This document shows, piece by piece, positions 55,100 through 64,000 of a stretch of 64,000 bases of DNA. The position numbers were made by a program, and so were the translations under genes. The notes beneath the pieces are model-generated. The model ran no database searches and was not told the origin of the DNA. It worked only from the letters and a program-made list of their open reading frames with translations. The DNA is from Octopus vulgaris (taxonomy: Eukaryota): positions 74,090,001 to 74,154,000 of the forward strand of contig OX597819.1 of the NCBI GenBank assembly GCA_951406725.2, read 5' to 3'. The first letter of the stretch is position 1, and the number at the start of each line of letters is the position of its first letter.

Positions 55100-57139
55100 A
55101 TGTTCAGCTCATTGTTTACTACACGTGAGAAACTAACAGCGATTTAACAAGTTATTTCTTTTTAATAATAACAATTCCTTCAATGTCTCCCTTTCCTTCC
55201 AAATGTTCCTTAATGGTATTTTTTTCCATTTTCCCGTAGACTGGCAATATATATTGTTTCTGTGTATCTCAGTCTGGACTTCATTCATCCAGGGAGCATT
55301 GATAAAACCTACAGCGATACCAATAAGTAACATAAAAGCTCAACTGGATACGGCTCGCAAGGCCTCAGTAGCTGTGAACACTACTTTGCACTCTTTTGTA
55401 AGTTTACATTTATTCATTCATATATTATTGTTATTATTATTGTTGTACTTGATATTGTTATCATCATCATCATCATCATCATTATTACAGCTTCTTATAC
55501 CACTCCAATAATATATTCCTTAAAATACTACCCACATAATAATTAATAAAGTTCTCATAAAGATCAATATTTATAACTACTAGTTCAGTGTAAACGAATT
55601 TTCTATTCCATTCTTTTCTAATCCTATCTGTCCAAATCTCAGACTCATAATATGTCACGTGTTTTTCTACAGTGCCGCAACACTCCAATGGCTTCTGCGA
55701 TAAGCTGTCCTCACTTTATTCATATGCTACTCAACCAGACGGAACTTACATTCCCTCAGCTCTACATTCAAGACAATATCACCCTCGCGCAGACAGATTT
55801 AGTCAAGGTATGGACATATTATCAAACACCTTTTCTTGAAATATTTATACACTTTCTATCTAAACTCGATTCTATATTTTATAAGAAATCTCAATCAGTG
55901 TCGAATAAAATTCAAGCTCCTCACAATTCTTTATTACAGATTGCTCTATCCAATATGTCTGCAACCCTCAGTCAATATGTTACTGTGTTGAAGAATCAGA
56001 CAGAAAAAGAATATGACCAGCTGTGTGCCCCTGCCAAACGTATACAGACAGAGTGTTATTATCCGGCAGCCTGTTCTAAACTCACTCCCACATCTGATGC
56101 CATATTTTATTGTTACTTAAAACAAACACTTTCTTACCTGGTTGATACGATACTTTTTCTGGAATCACCAGTAAGTATTATTCTCGTAATATATTTTCCT
56201 AGATGAAGATTCACGCGATTTCTCTTTTATTTCCTCACGAAAAATTAATGTAGATAAATAAACCGGTCAATTAAACAGCACCAAAATATCCTCATGTTTA
56301 TCGGAATATATTAAATATATATATCATAGAATTGATCCGGGAAGATATGGTCAGTTTATTTACAGAAACTGTTGTCAAAGATCAAAAGTGCTATTCTTTA
56401 GATTCCCTCGGAGTAATATATACTCATTTCGAAGCATTCTTTCAAAGTGTTTCATGACTACTAAAAGATCACAAATTACATCTCTTCAGGGTTTCTAAGA
56501 TTTCTGTCGTAAACTACTTCGTGCAGACGATAATCAGCTTACGTTCTGCACACTTTCCTCATTTTTATGATGTAGACAACAATGCATAGAATTGTAATCT
56601 GCGTAGAATGTCTAATTATTTGACGGAATTACTACAATTAGAATAATTTTGAACCGTTCTAATTTAATAATATTACTAACATGTGTGCGTATATTGTTAG
56701 TATCAGTAAATGTGATATATAATATGTGTGTATAAATGTCTCTATAGTATTGAATGTAGAGAGAAATCGCTACATCGACCATGTTTAGATCTCCTGCACG
56801 TTGGGTTTCCTATGGATAAATAAATATGTATATATATATATAGCTTTATAAGGTGTGGACTGTGAGCCCCAGTAATTTCATTACATGTGTATGTGTGTGT
56901 GTGTGTGTTTGTATTTGTTTGTGTATTAATATCAATTATTGTGTATCTCTTATTTACAATGTTCTTTTCATATATTTCAGATATTTTCAAACATCAAACA
57001 AAATGTCGAAGTGGATAACAGTCTTTTTCTACCGGACGATGTGCCAATAACCAAGCAGCGATGGTTTACCATAATTACTCTCCATACACTTCATGAAAAT
57101 ATAAACCACATTCAAAATACACTAGAATCCTTTATGTAA
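55100..57139 (+). CDS. Helical-cytokine-like gene copy 7, intact (exons 55100-55124, 55240-55397, 55673-55807, 55940-56170, 56981-57139)
   Basis: caaaATG start; donors gtgaga/gtaagt/gtatgg/gtaagt; polypyrimidine-AG acceptors; phases 1,0,0,0. 235-aa product with N-terminal hydrophobic signal peptide, 6 mature Cys and sequons NTT, NQT, NIT, NMS, NQT. Confidence 0.88.
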
Positions 57140-57859
57140 TTAATTCCTGTTATAATACTTCTGGAACCAATCTCAGTTAGAGAAAAATCAGATACAAGTG
57201 TATCGTTTCAATTATGTAGAAGTGTTTTAGCTTCACCACTTAATAATCATATCGACGATTATATTAATCGTTAAATACCAATATTTCCATTAATTTTTAT
57301 CTTATATTTTCTTATCACGTTTATAATCGTAAACTATATATTTCTCCTTTATAAGATAAATATTTCTATTTAATATCGTGTTACATCGATGTTGTTGGGA
57401 TTAAACCAATGGAACTGTGACGGATCAATCTATATATATTTTTCATATATACATACCTATATTTATCTATATATATATATTCATATATACATAACTATAC
57501 CTACGTTATTTAATTCATTTTTTATTTTTTATTTTCCGATTCCATTTCCTATTTTTTTAATATTCATTATAATATATACATTATATTCCTATGCATTATA
57601 CTAGGAAGACTTCCCTGCATACTCTCACACACACACACACATATACGCTAACATCATTTCTATTATTTATTATATAAATGGGAATTATATTTTTGTATGG
57701 AAACATTAAAGTGTTAATATTTTATTTTATATTCAGTTGTTTGTGTTTTTGATTTTGTTCAATGAGTGGATTACAACTTCGTTACAGACATCCATATCTT
57801 ATTTATTACTTGTTCCTTTATTTCTTGATATGAAAAGATGTGATTAATTTTGTAAATAA

Positions 57860-58252
57860 CTAGCAGTATCGCCCGCCGTTGCTCGGGTTTGTAAGGGAAA
57901 TAACTATATAAGCATTTTTAGAGATGTAAAGTATAATAGCCATCTCAATATGGCTAACCACAAAGGGGGTGTTACTGTAGCTTTTTACGTTCTGAGATTT
58001 ATTAATACATTTTTAGAGAGTTACTTCCCATATATAATAGCAAAAAGATGCATTAAAAAGGGGGGAAAATGATGGTAATTTTTTTTAAAATCGTAGACTC
58101 ATCGTAGACGCGCGCTAATAACCAGAATGTCTTGATACGAAGCACGACTATAAGATACCCGCTTTTGGTTACACTGCACCGCAAAATGTGGGAGTAGTTA
58201 GGAATCTAAATCGTGGGAGACAGACACACAACTTGACTTTTATATATAAAGA
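57860..58252 (-). mobile_element. Non-autonomous Helitron-like element (mirror of 8653-9043)
   Basis: CTAG end with adjacent hairpin and TC start on the minus strand; AT insertion site. Confidence 0.85.
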
Positions 58253-58329
58253 TTTCTTTTTATACTTCATGTTACAGTCATTTCTTTCACTTCAATATAT
58301 ATTTTATATATATTATATTACAATGTATC

Positions 58330-59060
58330 TCACCAATAGGACATTTTTTTCTTCCCGTCATCATAAAATTAGTTCCATTTACGTAATGGGGTCGACGAAA
58401 TCCATTACACCTACCCCGAAATTGCTGACCTGGAGCCAAAGTTGGAAACTATCAATTCTTGCATCGAACCTGTACCAGAGGGAATCTTTTCCTCTTTTGA
58501 ATAGAACAACTGAGAGGAAAATACGAAGATGATGCACACTCAGAAACACCTTGCTTCTCTTTTTCGTTCTTCCAATGTTATGACGAGATTATGTCCTACG
58601 GCCCTCACTGGAGAAAATACAGCAGGAGAAAATATCCCGGGACTCGTGCATTCCTCATCGAAGCTCATCGAAATACCACAATATTTTTGTTGATATTACA
58701 TCAATAATGATCACTGTTATATCGCCACACTTGTATTGAGTAATCTTCTAGAAGAATCTCATATTTCCTATAAGAAAATGTCTCCTTCAAACATCAGAAA
58801 TTTAGTTGGAAAAGTCGTTCTTTTCTGCTCAGAGGTGGCCATGTTTAGAGTGTAGTACCTGTCAAACATAGCGTGTTCCAATCAAGCCGTGACATAATAG
58901 TCATGATGCGATCAGAAATACGAGAGCTGCGTATCTCGTTCTCATATGTTGCAGAAACAAGCGTGTCCAGCATCTTAAGTGTCCAGCTTTCCATTCGTCT
59001 AACTGTGGTGATTCACTGAGTGCAGCCATGTCAGAGTCGCACAGCTTTACTCGCAGCTGT
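58330..59060 (-). mobile_element. Decayed RTE-like LINE remnant (3' flank of copy 7)
   Basis: Mirror of 7845-8580. Confidence 0.45.
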
Positions 59061-59260
59061 GTATGTATGTATGTTGTTATTCAGTCTATTTCAAGATTTC
59101 TTGCCAATAGAGAAAGAACAGATCTAACCTAGATCTATGTATGTATGTACGTATGTATGTATGTATGTATGTATGTATGTATGTATGTATGTATGTATGT
59201 ACGTATGTATGTATGTATGTATGGATGGATGTATGGATGGATGGATGTATGTATGTGTGT

Positions 59261-59325
<65 letters not shown>

Positions 59326-59429
59326 GTGTATGAATAACTAATTAGAAATACGAGGGAGATTGAGAGATTGTGCTGTGATATGTAAGTATGGGAACTTGAT
59401 AAAGAATATATGAGAAGGATGTTCACATC

Positions 59430-60345
59430 CAGTATACAATGAATACTTCTGGATAATGAATATCATGAGATCATAAACATTGATGAGGAACATTGCCGGA
59501 TAATGAACATTCTACGATAGTAAACAGAGTATGATGGTATGCTCTGTTAGATAATGTACACTATCTGATAGTGAGACTGATATGTAACAGTATTGGATTG
59601 TGAACACTGTTGGTTGGTGAACATTGTTGGACAATGAGCGTGGTAGCAAAGTAAACACTGTTAGATAACGAGTAATGTAAGATGGTTAATATTGCTGTAT
59701 AATGAAAGTTGTTCGATAGTAAGAAGTGTCAGATAATGAATGCTTTAGGATTGTAAATAACGTTAGATGATGGGCATGGGTTTGTTGTGAACACTGCTGG
59801 ACAATGAACATGGCTTGTTAGGAAACAAGATAGTGAACACTGTCGCAGAATGAACGTCGCAGGCTGGTGGACAGAGTTTGTTAGTGAACATTAATATACA
59901 GCAGAGACTCTTGGATAACGTACGCAGTTAAATATTGAACAACATGAATAGACATTCTTGGAAAATTATCACTGTTGGGTAATGGTCTCTTTTGGACAAT
60001 GAATGCTGTTCGTTAGTAAACAGTGTTGGGTAATAAACACTGTAGAATAGTGAACATTGTTGGGTAGTAGTAGATGGGGATCTCTATTAGACGTTAGAAA
60101 ATAAATACTTTTCCTTAATAGAAACTGTTAGATATTGAACAGTGCTCAGTTATGTACACTGTAAAATGGTAAGATTCTTAGATGGTGAAAACAGATAAAC
60201 GGTAAATTCTTTGGTGCTATGAACACTGTTGGAGAACGAACGCTTTTGGATAGTAATCATTAGTAATTGTGATTCGCATGAACACAACACAGTGAACACT
60301 GCTGGATAATGAACACTACTGGGTCATCAACATTGCTGGATGGCT
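59430..60345 (-). repeat. Degenerate 17-bp minisatellite (mirror of 6560-7480)
   Basis: Units ~GATAATGAACACTGTTG on the plus strand. Confidence 0.8.
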
Positions 60346-60942
60346 AAGCATTTTGTCCAAAGTGCTTCTGATTCTGTCAGCTTACCTGTTCCGTGTCTAC
60401 AGTCTGATAATTCTTGGGCATTCATCTAAGAAGTGGTAGAGCTGAGAGAATCCTTGCTCTAACCAATATTTTACTAAAATGTAGATGCTCCAGATTATTT
60501 ATGCCTCAGAATATATCGGTGCAGAAATATTAAGGACTTATATACGGTATCTGGGTGATACTACATAGACACTATTAGCGACTTTTAGGCACGTTATGCA
60601 CGACGAAATCGCACGTGCCTACACAACTCATTAATATTTACATTGCAGCCCCAGGGAAATCGTGTAATATGTAACACCACTGTATACTGGTGGTGATGAT
60701 GATGGTAGTGGCGACAGTAACAACGATTTTTAACATGAAACTGTAACGCACTTTCCCCGCTCGGTAATTTCCCGTTAAGCGAATGTAACCTACTAGCAAT
60801 TGGCCTGTGACCTATATGCTGTTATGAAAATGCTTTCCCAAATCTTTAACATAGTTCCACTAAATATGAACCGTATTATCGTGAGGAAGTACTTCTTAAC
60901 ACATGCAAGATTCGAATCGTCTTTCCACCTGTATATACATAC

Positions 60943-61003
<61 letters not shown>

Positions 61004-62246
61004 AATATATATACATATACACATATATATCTTCTTTTACTTGTGTTAGTCCACTAGTTTCCGGGCATGCTGTTGATCGACATTGAAGAATTTTTAGTCG
61101 AATGTACCGACCCAAGGACTTATTTCAGAAAGCTATGTACTGATTCCCTTGGTCACTTTTTGCCGAACAGGTAAGTAACGTGTATATAAACACACAAGCA
61201 TTGGTCGTCACGCGCTACTCAAGAAAGATTAGAAATCGATGAGTGTAGGTCAGATAATTGCTATGAAATATAAAAGTGAAAGTTTATCATTAATTTTCAT
61301 TTAGAAAATTAACAAAATCTTTTACTTAGAGATTTGTATCTCTTAAAAAGAAAAAATTTCTCGTGAATTCAGTTCGGCCATTGTAAAATCTGGCAAAATG
61401 ATGGCACAAAAAATGTAAAGTGAATGAAAAGAAGGTTGACAACCACGACTGTTCGGATAGGATAAATGGATGGATAGTGAGGGTTCTTGTCAATCATACA
61501 TTCCCGCAAGATGAGTGTTCAAAAGAAATACAAGTCTAAGTCATCAAATATCGAGTTTGGGCCAAAATTTCAAAAAATGCCCTAATTAATTGATAAATAC
61601 ACATATATTTCTAGGAATGAATTCGCTAAGCTGAGCTATGGAAGTCTTCTAAAGAACAAAATTAGTATGGAATCGTCGTATTGAGAAAGTTGTTTATTTC
61701 CTCTCGCTGTTTTGACAACGCGCGGGGAGCGACGTCCGAAGTTTACCGAGCAGATATTCTCTGACATGTAAAAATTGTTTGTCTTTGAGAAATATTGGTG
61801 AAATGGCACCAAAGATTACCATGTTATATTATTAAAACCCGACGTGATGGGTTATCCCCATTGTAAATTCAGTCGCATTATTTTTCGTATGTTATACATT
61901 TTCAGAAGTAAGGCCGATTCGTTTCCCATTTGTTTTCTTTCTTCTCTCTTTCTCACTGCTACTAACGAGTTCGCTGTTAAAAAATATTTCTATTTTAATA
62001 TTGTACTTTTCTCTTAGTAAATGTTTTCTCTCTCTCCCTCTCTCTCTCACACACACACAGACACATGCACACACACAAACAGATTAATATAATATATTTT
62101 TTTCTTTTTTGTCTCTTAATTATTTCTCTCATTATTTCGCCATTAGCAGAACAAATCGACCCCAAGCCTTATTCTTTACAGGGACGAAACCACACCAGCA
62201 TCGGGTCTCAAGCAATGCTGGGGGGACACAAAAATTCATACATACA

Positions 62247-63876
62247 CACTGGCGAAAATAAATGCAAGACCGATGTTAAAATTTCTATTTCTTACAAAAT
62301 ATTTTGTTACTAACACCATTCAAATTAACTTTATCGTTTACACCTTATGCAGAATTTATTTCTCTTTCGAATGATGCAGACAATAACTATTTTTATACAA
62401 CTTGAAGAATTCTAATGCTAAATTAATATAGACGTTTCAAATTTACCGGTAAAATTAGTTTAAAACTATATCATTACAATTTTATTTAAGGCTTAAGATT
62501 GTAGCAAAAATGAGCAACAAGAACGAAATACATATTAGTACTTTGTGCCGTAGCCTTTATTCTTAATAACGGCTGAACAACGTCTCGGCATTGAATTCGC
62601 TAAGTGATTACAAAATTCTATGGGAATATTTTGCCATGTTTCAATGATATAATCGAATAATTGTTTTAGATTAGATGGTTTTTTAGCATAGACATTTTGG
62701 AAACATAATTCCACAGGTTGTCGATCGGATTCCGGTCCGGGCTCTGGGGAGGCCATTCGATTACGTCATTATTATGGTGATCAAAAAATTCCATAACTTC
62801 TGGGCCTTGTGCACAGGACTATTGTCCTGCTGATAAATAGCCCCCGAAGGCATTTGGTGAGTCAAATATGGCACATCATTATCCTTTAGTAGATTCATAT
62901 AACCTACACTATTTAGCTTTCCAGCAACTTTAACTAGAGGGCCAACATCAAAGCTACGAAATGCCGCCCGCACCATAACACCCACACACACCGCTTGCGC
63001 CGTTTTTATCAGGCATTTGGGTTGGAATTCCTCGGTTGGACGATGTTTGACGTATGTTTTACCATCTGATCCAAATATACAGAAGCGTGACTCGTCACTC
63101 CAAAGGACCCTGCACCAATCTACGGCAGTTCATTGAGCATGGCTTTTTGCGAAATTAAGGCGTTTGAATCGATTTCTTTCGGATGTTATTGGCTTTTTTC
63201 CTAGCGATTCGTCCATGTAGTCCTAATTCTCTCAAAAGGTTGCGGACGGTTTGTGGTGTAAAAATAACACCATTCTCGTCGGACAATTGCTTACAACTGT
63301 CAACGGCGGTCCGTTGCCTTCCGAAAGTCGGTGGATTCGACGTTCCAACTGTGCCGTTGTTTTTTCTTGGGGCACCAGTCCTTTGCCGATCTTTATATTG
63401 ACCAGTCTCCGAGTATATCTTCCACGCTTGCACGCAAGCCGTTTTACTGCACTTTAGGTGCTTGCTGATGTTTGAAAAGGAAACTTTTTGCTGGTGGAGT
63501 AATACGATTTTTGCTCTCGTGACTGGACTGAGGTTACGTTGTTTTCCCCTTATTAATCAATTGTATAATAACGTTAAATTATAACACTATGTAGTGCAGT
63601 TAGGCTAGTTGTGTGACCTCCAATTTTGGCAAAAAGTTTGCATACATATTACTTGGTCTTAAACTAATCTTGCCAGTAAATTCGAAAAGTTTCTATGAAT
63701 TTAGCATTAGAATTCTTCAAGTTGTATAAAAAATAGTTATTGTCTGCATCATTCGAAAGAGAAATAAATTCCGCATAAGGTGTAAAAGATAAAAATAATT
63801 TGTATGGTGTTAGTAACAAAATATTTTGTAAGAAATAGAACTTTTATCATCGGTCTCAAATTAATTTTCGCCATTG
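62247..63876 (-). mobile_element. Tc1 transposon, pseudogenised (mirror of 3036-4663)
   Basis: TIRs and the same transposase fragments on the minus strand. Confidence 0.93.
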
Positions 63877-63934
63877 TACATACATCTCTGTTTGTCTCTC
63901 TCTCAATCCTTCTCTCTCTCCCTCTCACTCTCTG

Positions 63935-64000
<66 letters not shown>

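Noticed and set aside
55652-56206. 184-aa ORF MSRVFLQC... as a stand-alone single-exon gene (also 40070-40624, 48669-49223)
   Set aside because: It is exon 3 + open intron 3 + exon 4 of the spliced gene; strong splice sites lie inside it and it lacks the signal peptide.

Overview
AT-rich, microsatellite-laden animal DNA, very probably octopus (judged from the SINE remnants, recognised from memory). The ORF track is mostly microsatellite noise. Splicing conserved exons by eye reveals a five-exon gene (intron phases 1,0,0,0) for a ~235-aa secreted glycoprotein with a signal peptide, six mature cysteines, five N-glycosylation sequons and four amphipathic helices. Its exon layout and motifs resemble long-chain class-I helical cytokines (IL-6/G-CSF/GH/Unpaired type); this assignment is inference. 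The gene occurs as six full-length copies, a 3' part at the window start and two truncated central copies, in strictly alternating orientation. Each full-length and central copy has an upstream module with NF-kB and STAT-like sites. Almost the whole window (~2908-33481 vs 33649-64000) is one giant inverted repeat whose turning point lies inside a truncated gene copy; it could be real or partly an assembly artefact. Also present: four dead Tc1 elements nested in SINEs, a non-autonomous Helitron, RTE-like LINE remnants and a degenerate 17-bp minisatellite.
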